Translations under genes and position numbers: made by a program
Part shown: positions 11,406 to 21,139 of the stretch, in pieces
Position numbering within the stretch: the first letter of the stretch is position 1
Layout of the letters: each line of letters starts with the position of its first letter
The notes under the pieces: model-generated
The model's database searches: none
The model's input: the letters and a program-made list of their open reading frames with translations, nothing else
What the model was told of the DNA's origin: nothing
Assembly: GCA_044227045.1 (NCBI GenBank)
Contig: JBGAFW010000002.1
Span: 3,457-67,456, forward strand
Direction: 5' to 3'
Length of the DNA stretch: 64,000 nt
From: Labilithrix sp.
GTDB lineage: Bacteria; Myxococcota_A; Polyangia; Polyangiales; Polyangiaceae

Positions 11406-12227
11406 CTAAGGACGAAGCGACGCGGGTGGAATCGTCCGGGCCCAGCTTCCGAGGTAGCGACCGACGACCGTGGGGTGCTCACGAAACGCCTCGGGCTCCG
11501 CCTCGGCGGCGATCTCACCATCGAGCAGCAAGATGGCGCGCGTGCAGACGCGGAGCGCCTCCTCGACGTGATGGTCGGCCAGCATCACGCAGACCTTCTC
11601 GGTCACGGCGAGGAGACGAAGCATGTCGCCGAGCCGGCTCGCTTGCTGCGGATCAACGCCCGCGAACGGCTCATCGCAGATGAGGACCTTCGGCGGTCGC
11701 GTGAGCGCCCGCGCGAGCTCGAGGCGACGTCGCTCGCCGCCGGACAGCTCGCCCGCGCGCACATCCATCCGATCGTCGAGCGCCACGCGCAGCGCGAGCG
11801 ACGCGATCGCTTCCTCTTCGCGCGCGGCGCTCACGCGCCCGTGCACGACGCGATGGTACGAGGCGAGGTTGTCGCGGACGGAGAGATCCCAGAGCACGCT
11901 CGGCGTCTGCGGCACGTACGAGAGGCCGCGACGTGCGCGCGCCCAGAGCGGGAGCGTCGTGACGTCCTCGCCGAGCAGCTCGATCCGCCCGGAGGTGACG
12001 CTGATCTCGCCGACGAGCGCGCGAAACAGCGTTGATTTCCCCGCGCCCGAAGGGCCGAGAACGCCGAGCACCTCGCCGCGGTACCCCGTCATGTCGAGGC
12101 CGCGGACGATCGTCTTGGTGCCGCGCGCGACGCGAACGCCGACGCCACGGATCGCGATGTCGTCGTCCGTGGGCTTCTCCGTGATCGATACGGAGCTCAC
12201 CGCGTTGTCTTCGTCATCACTCGCCAC
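11406..12227 (-). CDS. lptB: LPS export ABC transporter ATP-binding protein
   Basis: Walker A (GPSGAGKST), the ABC signature (LSGGERRRLELARAL) and Walker B are all present. The gene lies immediately upstream of rpoN. Confidence 0.85.
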   Translation of the reverse strand: MASDDEDNAVSSVSITEKPTDDDIAIRGVGVRVARGTKTIVRGLDMTGYRGEVLGVLGPSGAGKSTLFRALVGEISVTSGRIELLGEDVTTLPLWARARRGLSYVPQTPSVLWDLSVRDNLASYHRVVHGRVSAAREEEAIASLALRVALDDRMDVRAGELSGGERRRLELARALTRPPKVLICDEPFAGVDPQQASRLGDMLRLLAVTEKVCVMLADHHVEEALRVCTRAILLLDGEIAAEAEPEAFREHPTVVGRYLGSWARTIPPASLRP

Positions 12228-12242
12228 GCAAGCTCACCGAGA

Positions 12243-12746
12243 TCAAGGCTTCGGGACGGGGATCGAGCCCTTCACCTGCGTCGCGGTCACGCGGGCCGTC
12301 GCGAGCTCGATCGTCGCCTTCTCGGCTTGGATCCAACCCTGGCCGCGCGAGAGCTTCACGCCGCCGCGCATCTCGAGGATCTGCTTGACCATGTCGAGCT
12401 CCACCTCGGGCGCTTCACCATGCACGCCGCGGACATCCGCGACGACGCCGCCCGAGCCCTTCGCCCACCTGACGTGCGGCGTGGCGTCGAACTTCAGGTC
12501 GAAGCGCGGACAGCGGACGGTCATGTCGCCCTTGCTGAGGACGACCTTGCCGGTGAGCACCGCGGTGCCCGCCGCGACGTCGACCTCGAGCTTGTCGGCT
12601 TGAACACCCACGTCGCCTTTGCCGACGTCGAGCAGCGGGTCGGCGGTCACGCGCGAGACGAACGTGACCGACGGGAGCACGAACAGGGCGAGGCCGAAGG
12701 GCGCGAGGCGCATGGAGGCACGGCGTCGTCGCCTTGTCGTGGTCAT
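12243..12746 (-). CDS. lptA: LptA/OstA-like periplasmic LPS transport protein
   Basis: A signal peptide (MTTTRRRRRASMRLAPFGLALFVL) is followed by OstA-like beta-jellyroll motifs (LTGKVVLSKGDMTV). The gene is upstream of lptB. Confidence 0.6.
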   Translation of the reverse strand: MTTTRRRRRASMRLAPFGLALFVLPSVTFVSRVTADPLLDVGKGDVGVQADKLEVDVAAGTAVLTGKVVLSKGDMTVRCPRFDLKFDATPHVRWAKGSGGVVADVRGVHGEAPEVELDMVKQILEMRGGVKLSRGQGWIQAEKATIELATARVTATQVKGSIPVPKP

Positions 12747-12762
12747 CGTCCTCACGAGCCTA

Positions 12763-15339
12763 TCATTCGGGCGGCCTTTTGAAATCAACGGACGCCTCGA
12801 GGGCACGGCCGAGCGCCTCGAGCTCGAAGGCGCGACCTTCTGCCCGCCCGCGATCGGGCGGCGCCTCGCGGGCCAAGTCGAGCAGGTGCTCGACGAGCGA
12901 CGAGATCGCGCTGCGCGTCAGCGGAAGGAGGGCGTCGGCGCGGCCATTTCCTGCCGCGAACGTGCGGACGACGGCGTGGACGATCGGCATCAGGTCGTCG
13001 ATGCGCGCCCCCGCGACGTCCGCCGTCGCTTGGCCACGCGCGATCGACGCGAGCACACGCGCGAGCGGCTGCGAGAGGCGCGAGACGGCGCGGTCGATCC
13101 GGTAGCGCACGAGCACGGGATCGTTCTCCGTCGACTGGCGATCGCGTCCGGTGACCACGACCTCGAGGTCGCGCTTCCAGTCTGCCGCGACCTGCGAGAG
13201 CGCGCCGGCCACGACCTGGGCCGCCTCGTCTGCCTCGCGCTCGAGGTTGGCCGCGCGGAGCGCGAGCTCTTGAGCACGTGCGCGGGCCGCGTCGATCGCG
13301 GCGCGCTCTTCGTTCGCGTGCTCGCGCGCGCGCTCGAGCATGAGCGCGACCACGCGTGCGGCGCGCCGGCGAAGACCACGCTCCTTGAGCTCGTCGCTTC
13401 GTCCGACGATCTGCTCGTCGAGGAGCTTTTGCACCGCGCTCCATCCCGATTTCTCGAGCGCGGCTTCGTCGCCGAGCTTTCCTTGCAGCGCGAGCCGGGC
13501 CGACAGCGACAGCGGCGCCGCCCAGGATTTGATCCCGGTCTCTTCGAGCGACTCGCCGACCGCGGTCATGACCGTGACGAGGTCCTCGGGCTTCAAGCGA
13601 TCGGCCTTGTTGACGAGGATCTGCACCGGCAGGGACGTCGCCTTCGCCTCCTCGAGGATGCGCCGCTCGGTTTGCTTCAGCGGCTGGCCGGCGTCGAGCA
13701 GCCAGATCGCCGCGTCGGCCTCCTCGAACGCCGAGCGCGCGGCCTCGGTGTGCCGCATGTCGGGCGCGTTGAAGCCTGGCGTGTCGAGGATCTCGACGCG
13801 GGTGAGCGAGGCGATCGGCTGGAGGATCTCGACGCGCTTCACGTGCGCGGCGTCGGCCGCCTTGAGCGCCTGACGAAGCTCGCTCGACGGGACGATGCGC
13901 TCCTTGACGTCGGTGGGCGCGTCGGCGTGGAACTGGATCCGCGCGAACGGATCGGGCGCGTAGCGAAGGTGATGGAGCGTGGCCGTCGTCGGCAGCACGC
14001 CGGTGGGCGCGATGTCCGCGCCGATGAGCGCGTTGATGAACGTGCTCTTGCCGGCGTTGAACTCGCCGACGATCGCGACGCGCACCGGCCGCGACCGCTC
14101 CACCGCGAGCTCGGCCACCTTCGCCGTCGCGTCGAGCGCGTGAAGCGCGCGGGCATGGCGATCGAGGCGCGTGAGCAGCTTCGTCCAGTCGCTCGGCGCG
14201 CCCGACGTGGGGATCCACGTGGCGAGCGCCGCGGCGCGTGACGCGTCGGCCCACCCACGCACCTGCGAGGAGGTGACCGCCATCAGCTCGTCGAGGATCG
14301 CCGACGCCTCTCCGGCGTCGCGAAGCCGCGCAGGCGACGGGAGACGCCGGGCGTCTTGTCCGACCGGATCGGACTCGACGAAGCCGTCGCCGAGCGCCGT
14401 CAGCGCGACGTTCAGGCCGGCGTAGTCTTGATCGTCGAGCGACGAGTCGAGCAGGGGCTTCGCCGCCGACGCGTCGCCGCTCCGAACGGCGCTCATGAGC
14501 GCGGCGCGCGCCTCATCGCGACGTCCTTCGGCGCGCGCGAACGCCGCCTTCCAGCGCGCGAGGTCCGTCTCGCCGCGGCCGTCGACGACGACGCGGATCT
14601 TGTTGCGCATCGTCTCGTCGGTCGGGATCCACGCGAGCGCAGAGGCGAGGGCCTCGCTGGCGCCCGGCGCGTCGAGCACCATCGCGCGCAAAAGGAGAGG
14701 GAAGGCCGCCGCGTCGCTCGCGATCGCGAGCGCGCGGCCGCGGAGGAGCGCGGCGCGCCCGTCGGTCGGATCGGCCTCGAGGCCGTCGAGCACCGCGCGG
14801 ACGCCCGCGATGTCGTTTTGAAGGAGGCGCGCCTCGGCGCGACGAAGCTGCACGTCGGCGTCCTTCGTCATCCCGAGCCGCTCGAGCCAAAGCTCGGCGC
14901 GCGCGCCGTCGCCGTTGGCGAGATCGAGATCGGCGAGCCAGAGGAGGGCCTCTCGTCGCGCTTCGCTCCCGGCCTCCGCCACCGCCAGCGCGCGGAGGAA
15001 CGCGTCGCGCGCCTCGTCGACCGGGCTGCCGACCCGCTCGCGCGCCCGGCCAAGGCGGACCCACACCTCGGCGCGTGACGCGACGCGGCCGGCGAGCTCC
15101 TCGAGCGTGAGCGCGAGCTCGGCGTCGAGCCGCGCGGCCTCGCACGCGTCGGCGAGGAGCGCGAGGCCGAGCGGCGAATGCGGCACGCGCTGGAGCATCG
15201 CCTTCGCGGCCTGGCGCGCGCGCATCGCGTCGCCACGCGCGAGCGCCTCTTCGCCTTCACGGAGGTAGCCCTCGACGCCCGCGAGGACCACCTCGACCCG
15301 CCCGAACCAACCCGCAATCGTCTCGGCGAGGCGCGACAT
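12763..15339 (-). CDS. bacterial dynamin-like GTPase with N-terminal TPR-like region
   Basis: G1 (GEFNAGKSTFINALIG), G3 (DTPGFN) and G4 (NKAD) motifs are present. The N-terminal region of about 400 aa is TPR-like and Ala/Leu-rich helical. Confidence 0.75.
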   Translation of the reverse strand: MSRLAETIAGWFGRVEVVLAGVEGYLREGEEALARGDAMRARQAAKAMLQRVPHSPLGLALLADACEAARLDAELALTLEELAGRVASRAEVWVRLGRARERVGSPVDEARDAFLRALAVAEAGSEARREALLWLADLDLANGDGARAELWLERLGMTKDADVQLRRAEARLLQNDIAGVRAVLDGLEADPTDGRAALLRGRALAIASDAAAFPLLLRAMVLDAPGASEALASALAWIPTDETMRNKIRVVVDGRGETDLARWKAAFARAEGRRDEARAALMSAVRSGDASAAKPLLDSSLDDQDYAGLNVALTALGDGFVESDPVGQDARRLPSPARLRDAGEASAILDELMAVTSSQVRGWADASRAAALATWIPTSGAPSDWTKLLTRLDRHARALHALDATAKVAELAVERSRPVRVAIVGEFNAGKSTFINALIGADIAPTGVLPTTATLHHLRYAPDPFARIQFHADAPTDVKERIVPSSELRQALKAADAAHVKRVEILQPIASLTRVEILDTPGFNAPDMRHTEAARSAFEEADAAIWLLDAGQPLKQTERRILEEAKATSLPVQILVNKADRLKPEDLVTVMTAVGESLEETGIKSWAAPLSLSARLALQGKLGDEAALEKSGWSAVQKLLDEQIVGRSDELKERGLRRRAARVVALMLERAREHANEERAAIDAARARAQELALRAANLEREADEAAQVVAGALSQVAADWKRDLEVVVTGRDRQSTENDPVLVRYRIDRAVSRLSQPLARVLASIARGQATADVAGARIDDLMPIVHAVVRTFAAGNGRADALLPLTRSAISSLVEHLLDLAREAPPDRGRAEGRAFELEALGRALEASVDFKRPPE

Positions 15340-15394
15340 GCTCGTAGCTGCTGTTTACCACAGCTTCATCACGGGCGGTTCTCCGCGACGCGGC

Positions 15395-16810
15395 TCAGAC
15401 GTCTTCGCGCTCGAGCAGCCCGCGCAACGTGTCAGGCTCGACGCGGAGCACGAGCACCTTCTCGCGATCGACCATCACGGCGCCTGCCGCCGAGCCCTTC
15501 GGCTTACGGATGTAGCGGCGCTCCGTGTATTGTACATCCACCACCTTCTCTTCGCGTGCCTCGGAGAAGTGCGCGGCGAGATGCGCGGCGTCGACGAGAT
15601 CCGCGGCGTCGCAGGTGTGCCCTTTGTCGAGGAGGACGATCACGTGCGCGCCGGTGCGATCCTTGGCGTGAAGCCAGAGATCGTGCGGGCGCGCGATCTT
15701 GAGCGTGAGCGCGTCGTTGTCGGCGGCGCCCTTGCCGACGAGGAGCTTGCGGCCGCTCCGCGCGTAGAACGTGCGGTACGGCGTCCGCTCGGCCTTGGCG
15801 TTCTTCTTCTTTTTGACGGCGGCCGTCCCGCCCGTCGGGCTGCCCGGCGCGCCCACGGTCGTCGTCGGCAGGTTGACGTCGCGCGGCGCGGCCTTCTTCG
15901 CGTCACGAAGGACCTCCTCGAGCTCGCCGAGCGACGCGGCCGCCTTCACCGCCACCTCGGCGTTCGCGATCGCGTCGCGCTGGCGCTCGGCTTGCGCCAA
16001 GCGGTCGCCCGCGATCGCCGCGCCGAGCCGAAGGCGCTTCGCGCGCTTGAACATCGCCGCGACCTGGTCCTTCGGGCTCTTCGAAGGATCGAGCGGCACG
16101 TGCATCGTCACCGCTTCGCCCGAGGACCAGTCGGTGACGACGAGCTTCGTCGCGCCGCGAGGCGTACGCGCGGCCTCGGCGACGAGCCACTGCGCCTGCG
16201 CGGCGATCTTGTCGGCCTGACCGATCTTGTCGATGTCGCCGCGAATGGCCTCGCTCCGGCGCGCGATGCGCTCCTTCGCGCGCTCGAGCACCTTCACGAT
16301 CTCGCCGCGACGGGCCTCGACGGCGTCGAGCGAGATCGCCTCGGCGATCGCGCGGCCGCGCTCTTCGAGCTCGCGTCGCTGATCGTCGGTGAGCGCGAGA
16401 AACGGGATGGCGTTCGGGGAGGCCCGCTCGTCGGTGACGACCACGCGGCCGGTCTCCGCGCGAACGACGCGCGGGTCTCCGTGTTGATCGATGAACGCCT
16501 CGTTCTCCCCAATCCCCATCACGCGCGCGCCCACCAGCGCGTCCTCACGCGCCCGCTGGCGCGCCGTCCCGGGCGGAAGGCGCCCGCCCCACATCGCGCG
16601 GCGCTCGTCGTTCGACGCGAAGAGACCCGCGCCGGCCGCGCCCGACCGCGGCGCGCCGACGATGATGAGCGACGTGCGGCCTGGCACGCGCACCTTCAGG
16701 ACGATCACCCGCTCGGTGCACGAGGCCTCCTGCACGAGGGCAGACGCCGACCCGTCCTCCCGCGACTCGGGGAGGTCGTCCTCTTCGGGGGCCGCGTGGT
16801 CCTGATCCAC
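15395..16810 (-). CDS. NFACT-family protein (RqcH/FbpA-like, DUF814/NFACT-R containing)
   Basis: The NFACT-R-like segment is present (RKLLVGKGAADNDALTLKIARPHDLWLHAKDRTGAHVIVL...VQYTERRYIRKPKGSAAGAVM). At 471 aa it is shorter than canonical RqcH. Confidence 0.6.
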   Translation of the reverse strand: MDQDHAAPEEDDLPESREDGSASALVQEASCTERVIVLKVRVPGRTSLIIVGAPRSGAAGAGLFASNDERRAMWGGRLPPGTARQRAREDALVGARVMGIGENEAFIDQHGDPRVVRAETGRVVVTDERASPNAIPFLALTDDQRRELEERGRAIAEAISLDAVEARRGEIVKVLERAKERIARRSEAIRGDIDKIGQADKIAAQAQWLVAEAARTPRGATKLVVTDWSSGEAVTMHVPLDPSKSPKDQVAAMFKRAKRLRLGAAIAGDRLAQAERQRDAIANAEVAVKAAASLGELEEVLRDAKKAAPRDVNLPTTTVGAPGSPTGGTAAVKKKKNAKAERTPYRTFYARSGRKLLVGKGAADNDALTLKIARPHDLWLHAKDRTGAHVIVLLDKGHTCDAADLVDAAHLAAHFSEAREEKVVDVQYTERRYIRKPKGSAAGAVMVDREKVLVLRVEPDTLRGLLEREDV

Positions 16811-16877
16811 GGGCCGATCCTAACCACGTCATCTCATCGCGTCATCACGTCCCGAGCGGACGGCATCCCACGCCCCG

Positions 16878-17891
16878 TCACGGCTCGACCGCGATGCCCG
16901 AGAGCGGAATCGGATGCATGATTTCGCCGCTCAACGTCGCGGCGCCGGTCGTCAAATCGACCATGTAGAGCCCTGTCGCGCTCGATCCGGCGACGCGGAG
17001 CGCCGCGTAGGCCTCGAGGTCGGCGCCTTCGCCGCGGATGTCGAAGCCGACGTGCGCGACGACGTCGACGCCGAGCGGCCCGATCGTCGTGACGGAGCCC
17101 GCGTTCGGTGGGTCGACCTTCGTGAGGAGGTTACGCGTCGAGTCGATCGCGTAGAGCACGGTGCTGGTGGCGCCGGCGACGTTGTTCGTGTACGCGCTGC
17201 CGACGAGGTTCGGGCTCTGCCCGACGTTCACGTCGGTCGGGCCAAAGGCGAGCATGCCGTCTTGTCCGACGACCGCGCCGGTGGACGGGTTGATGCGGAG
17301 GTTCTGGTCGACGTCCGACTGGACCCGCAGCAGATCAACGACGGGGTTGAAGTCGAACCCGTACGCTTGGCCGAGGACACGCGGCGACGTCTCTCCGCCG
17401 ACGGGCGTGACCTTCGCCGTGACCTTGTCGATCGTGTAGAGGCGGCTCGCCGGCATCGTCATCGCGTAGAGCATTCCGTTCGACGGCCGGAAATCGAGGC
17501 CGATCACGTGCTCGGTCGCGGGAAGATCGAGCTGCGCGACGACCGCGACCTGGCTCGGATCGTCCGCGATGATGCGAAGGAGGTGATGCTCGGCGTCGAC
17601 CGACCAGATGCCACGCTGCTGCGGCGTGAGCGGAGGCGGCGGCGTGACGGCGGCGTCGAAGTTGAAGGACGGCACGCCTCCGTCGTCGGCGGAGGAGGGC
17701 TGGCTCGTCGTCGCACCGAAGTCGAACGTCGGCACCGGTCCACCGTCGCGCCCATCCGAAGGATCGTACGCGCCCGCGTCGCCGCTCGCGCTCGCGTTTG
17801 ATTCGTCCGCCGAATCCCTGCACGCCGCTGCAGACAAGGCCGACACGCTCAGCAAGACAGCGGCCACCGTCGTTCGTCGCTCCATCCTCAA
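16878..17891 (-). CDS. DUF4394-like secreted lipoprotein
   Basis: A signal peptide with a lipobox (ALSAAAC) is followed by repeated LYxID...L..vd motifs (LYTIDKVTAKVTPVGG; LYAIDSTRNLLTKVDPP; LYMVDLTTGAATL). Confidence 0.5.
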   Translation of the reverse strand: MRMERRTTVAAVLLSVSALSAAACRDSADESNASASGDAGAYDPSDGRDGGPVPTFDFGATTSQPSSADDGGVPSFNFDAAVTPPPPLTPQQRGIWSVDAEHHLLRIIADDPSQVAVVAQLDLPATEHVIGLDFRPSNGMLYAMTMPASRLYTIDKVTAKVTPVGGETSPRVLGQAYGFDFNPVVDLLRVQSDVDQNLRINPSTGAVVGQDGMLAFGPTDVNVGQSPNLVGSAYTNNVAGATSTVLYAIDSTRNLLTKVDPPNAGSVTTIGPLGVDVVAHVGFDIRGEGADLEAYAALRVAGSSATGLYMVDLTTGAATLSGEIMHPIPLSGIAVEP

Positions 17892-17904
17892 TTAGGCTCC
17901 TCCC

Positions 17905-19899
17905 ATGCATGCCCGCACTCCCGCGGACGTTCCCGAAGGACCCTTACGCCGGAGCCAAGGCAGAGGATCGGCGGCACGGCGCAGAAGCCGAATTCTTCGA
18001 GAAAAGACCCACAATACGCACACACGCACCGGATCAAAGGTGCGCCATGGCGCTCGCTCGAAGGGTCGTCGTACTCTCGAGAGAGGACTCGTGAAGGCGC
18101 GTCATTCATTCCCGGCAGGACAGACGAGCGCGTCGCGCCTGAAGGCGCTGCTCTCGTGTCTCGAGGAGAAGAAAGGCGCGGCGGCCGCCGAGGCGTGGCT
18201 CACCAAGGTGCGGCTGGCGCGCATGGATCTCGACGACGAGACGCGCCTTTTGCCGCTCGTCGCGCTCCACTCGGCGACGAAGGCGTTCCTCGAGCTCCTC
18301 CCCGACGGGCTCGACGATGTCGCAGGCTACCTCGCGACGCGGGACAACCTCGGCGTCTGGGCACGCGTGCTCCGCGGGACGCGCGCGCCCGAAGAGGCGT
18401 TCACGCGCATCGAGTCGGCTGACAGCGAGCATGGGCGAACCACGCGCTGGGAGACGATCGAGTCGGGTCCTGGGTTCTGGCGAGGGCGCGTGCGCATCGG
18501 CCACGATCCGAAGCTCGAGAACGACGGCGAGCTCGCGCGCATGCGTGCGATCGAGCTCTCGGTCATCCCCACGCTCTTCGGCTATCCGCGCGGCAACGTC
18601 GCGATGCGCGACAAGAAGGAAGACGCGCAGGAGTTCGAGGTCAAATGGCCGATCCCATCGCCCGCGCGATCGATCGCCGCGGGCGCCGTGATCGGAGCGC
18701 TCGCAGGCGGAGCCGCGCTCGCGGCGCATCCATCGACGCCGTCGATCCTCGCCGCGCTCTTCACGCCGATCGTCGGCGGCGCCGCAGGGCTCTTCTGGGG
18801 ACGCGATCGCGCGCGAAAGATCGAGACGGCGGCGCAAGCCGTCCGCGTGAGCGCGCTCGAGCGCAGCCTCGCGCTTCGCGAGACGGAGCGGAGCGCGGGC
18901 GCAGGCGATCTCGAAGGGAGCGTCGTCGCCGGTCAATACCGCATCGGCATGCGCATGGGGTCGGGCGCGAGCGGCGTCATCTACGAGGCGACGCGCATCA
19001 CCGACGGTCTGCCTGTCGCGATCAAGCTGCTTCGCGCCGCGACGGCGCACGACGTCACCGCGTCCGATCGCCTCCGTCGTGAGTCCGAGGCGCTCGGTCT
19101 GTCGTGGCACCCGAACGTCGTCGAGGTCATCGATCACGGGCACCTGCCCGACGGCACGTCGTATCTCGTGATGGAGCTCTTGCAAGGCGAGACGCTCGCG
19201 ACGCGCCTCAAGTACCGCATTCGGCTGACGGCGCAGGAGCTCTTGCCGATCGCGAAGCAGGTGACCGACGCGCTCGTCGCGATCCACGCGGCGGGCGTCG
19301 TCCACCGTGATCTCAAGCCATCGAACATCTATCTCGTCCCCGATCCCGAGGCCGAGGGTACCGCCGATCCGAAGGCCGAGATCGTGAAGGTGTTCGACTT
19401 CGGCATCGCCCGCGTGGAATGGGAAGAGATGCGCATCACGAACATGGGCGCGCCGCTCGGGACTCCGGGATACATGTCGCCCGAGCAAGAGAGCGGCGGT
19501 GAGATCGACGCGCGGAGCGACGTCTACGCCGCGGGCGCCGTGTTCTACGAGTGCCTCGTCGGTGAGCCGCCGCCGGTGGCGCCCGACGACATGTGGAAGC
19601 CGGGCACGCGTCCGCCGAGCTCGTTCGCGATGCGGCTCGCGGACGAAGCGATGCGCGCCGACTCCGGGGTTCAACCTGCCTCGCGACGCATGCCGAGCGT
19701 GGCGCCGGCGCAGCTCGAGGCGACGAGCCGCGAGCCAGGTCCGGTCGACGCTCCGCCCGAGTGGCGTGCGCTCATCGAGCGTGCGCTCGCCAAGCGCGCG
19801 ACCGATCGTTACCAGGACGCGCGGTCTCTCCTTCAAGCCATCCGTGCGCTCGATCCGAACGCGCCACCGATGTCGTCGCAATCGCTGGGATCGAAGTGA
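17905..19899 (+). CDS. Ser/Thr protein kinase with N-terminal non-kinase domain and TM segment (kinase domain C-terminal)
   Basis: The kinase motifs VVHRDLKPSNIYLV, DFGIAR and GTPGYMSPE are present in the C-terminal half. An upstream hydrophobic TM segment (AAGAVIGALAGGAALAA...IVGGAAGLFWG) precedes it. The start is uncertain; a GTG at 18091 is an alternative. Confidence 0.75.
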   Translation: MHARTPADVPEGPLRRSQGRGSAARRRSRILREKTHNTHTRTGSKVRHGARSKGRRTLERGLVKARHSFPAGQTSASRLKALLSCLEEKKGAAAAEAWLTKVRLARMDLDDETRLLPLVALHSATKAFLELLPDGLDDVAGYLATRDNLGVWARVLRGTRAPEEAFTRIESADSEHGRTTRWETIESGPGFWRGRVRIGHDPKLENDGELARMRAIELSVIPTLFGYPRGNVAMRDKKEDAQEFEVKWPIPSPARSIAAGAVIGALAGGAALAAHPSTPSILAALFTPIVGGAAGLFWGRDRARKIETAAQAVRVSALERSLALRETERSAGAGDLEGSVVAGQYRIGMRMGSGASGVIYEATRITDGLPVAIKLLRAATAHDVTASDRLRRESEALGLSWHPNVVEVIDHGHLPDGTSYLVMELLQGETLATRLKYRIRLTAQELLPIAKQVTDALVAIHAAGVVHRDLKPSNIYLVPDPEAEGTADPKAEIVKVFDFGIARVEWEEMRITNMGAPLGTPGYMSPEQESGGEIDARSDVYAAGAVFYECLVGEPPPVAPDDMWKPGTRPPSSFAMRLADEAMRADSGVQPASRRMPSVAPAQLEATSREPGPVDAPPEWRALIERALAKRATDRYQDARSLLQAIRALDPNAPPMSSQSLGSK

Positions 19900-19911
19900 T
19901 CGCTTGGCTCA

Positions 19912-19933
19912 GCTCCGGTCTTCGACCGGCGCT
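19912..19933 (+). terminator. stem-loop (CCGGTC-TTC-GACCGG) just after the kinase stop
   Basis: A perfect 6-bp stem with a 3-nt loop lies 13 nt after the stop at 19899. There is no clear U-tract because the genome is GC-rich. Confidence 0.35.
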
Positions 19934-20047
19934 GCTCGTCGTCGGAATCTGACCCGAATTCGGCCGATTTGAAGCGAAGGCGACCTCGTCCCGTCTCATC
20001 TTGTGGACGGCGGAACCTCTCTTTCGATACGAGTACGAGCACACCCC

Positions 20048-21112
20048 ATGCGAGTCGTTGCACGAGCTGTCGCCCTGCTTTTCACTGTCGCCGTTCCTCT
20101 CGGGCTCGGGGCGTGCCGCACATCGACGCAAGCGTCGACGCAGCCGCCGCAGCAGCCGCCGCCGTACTACCAACCGTATCCAGGTCAGCCGTACCCAAAC
20201 CAGCCGTACCCGAACCAGCCGTACCCGAACCAACCCTACCCGAACCAACCGAACGTCCAGCCCCAGCCGCAGCCCCAACCCCAACCGCAGGCGCAGCGTC
20301 CGCTGCTCGCGCCGCTCGTGGGCATGCCGGCGATGCAGCAAGAGACGCGAAACGTCCTCGCCGAGCTCGTGAACGCGCTCCCTGCGCAGAACCAGGCGCT
20401 CGTGCGCGGCATCCCGATGACGTTCGATCCGACGGAGGAGGTGAACGCGTTCGCCGGCTGCGATGACAGCGGCGCGCCGTTCCTCGCCGCGACCGCCGGG
20501 ATCCTCGAGGCGATCGACGCGGTCGCGCAGACGAGGTCGACCGACGAGCTGTTCGGCACGCACACGTACGACGACTATTGCAACGCGGTCATGCCGGCGC
20601 TCGTGAAGAGCAACAACGCGCGCGCCGCGCTTCCTGCCGGGATCATCCCGCAGCAGTACGGCGGTGATCTTCGCCGCTGGTCACGCGCGCACGAGATCTT
20701 CGATGAGGTGATCGCGTTCACCTTCGGCCACGAGCTTGGTCACCATTACCTCGGGCACACCGGCTGCGCGCACGGACAGCCGCTCGGGCCGGGACCGGAC
20801 CCGACGAAGCTCGGACGGCTCCTCTCCGTCGTCCCGCTCTTCAACCAGGCGAACGAGACGGCGGCCGACACCGCGGGCACGATCAACGCGCTCGACGCAG
20901 GACGCGCCCGCCGCCCGCAATACGAGTGGAACGAGTCGGGCGGCGTCCTGTTGTTCGACTACTTCTCACGCCTCGAACGAGCGTCGGGCAACGGCGGGCT
21001 CCTCGGCTTGCTCAACCCGGTGGGCTTTCTCCGGACGCATCCGAACCCGCAGCTTCGATCGCCGTGGGTTCAGACGGTCGCGCGCAACTGGCACGCGCAG
21101 CATCCAGGCTGA
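20048..21112 (+). CDS. HExxH zinc-metallopeptidase-like lipoprotein with (YPNQP)n repeat region
   Basis: A signal peptide with a lipobox (LGLGAC) is followed by a tandem PQ-rich repeat region and an HELGHHYLGH metallopeptidase motif. Confidence 0.55.
   Translation: MRVVARAVALLFTVAVPLGLGACRTSTQASTQPPQQPPPYYQPYPGQPYPNQPYPNQPYPNQPYPNQPNVQPQPQPQPQPQAQRPLLAPLVGMPAMQQETRNVLAELVNALPAQNQALVRGIPMTFDPTEEVNAFAGCDDSGAPFLAATAGILEAIDAVAQTRSTDELFGTHTYDDYCNAVMPALVKSNNARAALPAGIIPQQYGGDLRRWSRAHEIFDEVIAFTFGHELGHHYLGHTGCAHGQPLGPGPDPTKLGRLLSVVPLFNQANETAADTAGTINALDAGRARRPQYEWNESGGVLLFDYFSRLERASGNGGLLGLLNPVGFLRTHPNPQLRSPWVQTVARNWHAQHPG
20170..20250 (+). repeat. 15-bp tandem repeat (cagccgtacccgaac)×~5 encoding (QPYPN)n
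   Basis: The tandem is imperfect but directly visible. It is followed by a (CAGCCC/CAACCC) PQ repeat. Confidence 0.8.
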
Positions 21113-21139
21113 CGCTTCGCCTGGATTCCGCTCAGGGAA

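Noticed and set aside
12619-14254. 540-aa plus-strand and 489-aa minus-strand ORFs inside the dynamin-like gene.
   Set aside because: They are Arg-rich shadows. The G1, G3 and G4 GTPase motifs lie only in the 858-aa frame.
18106-19881. 591-aa antisense ORF over the Ser/Thr kinase.
   Set aside because: It is a shadow ORF with no domain signature.
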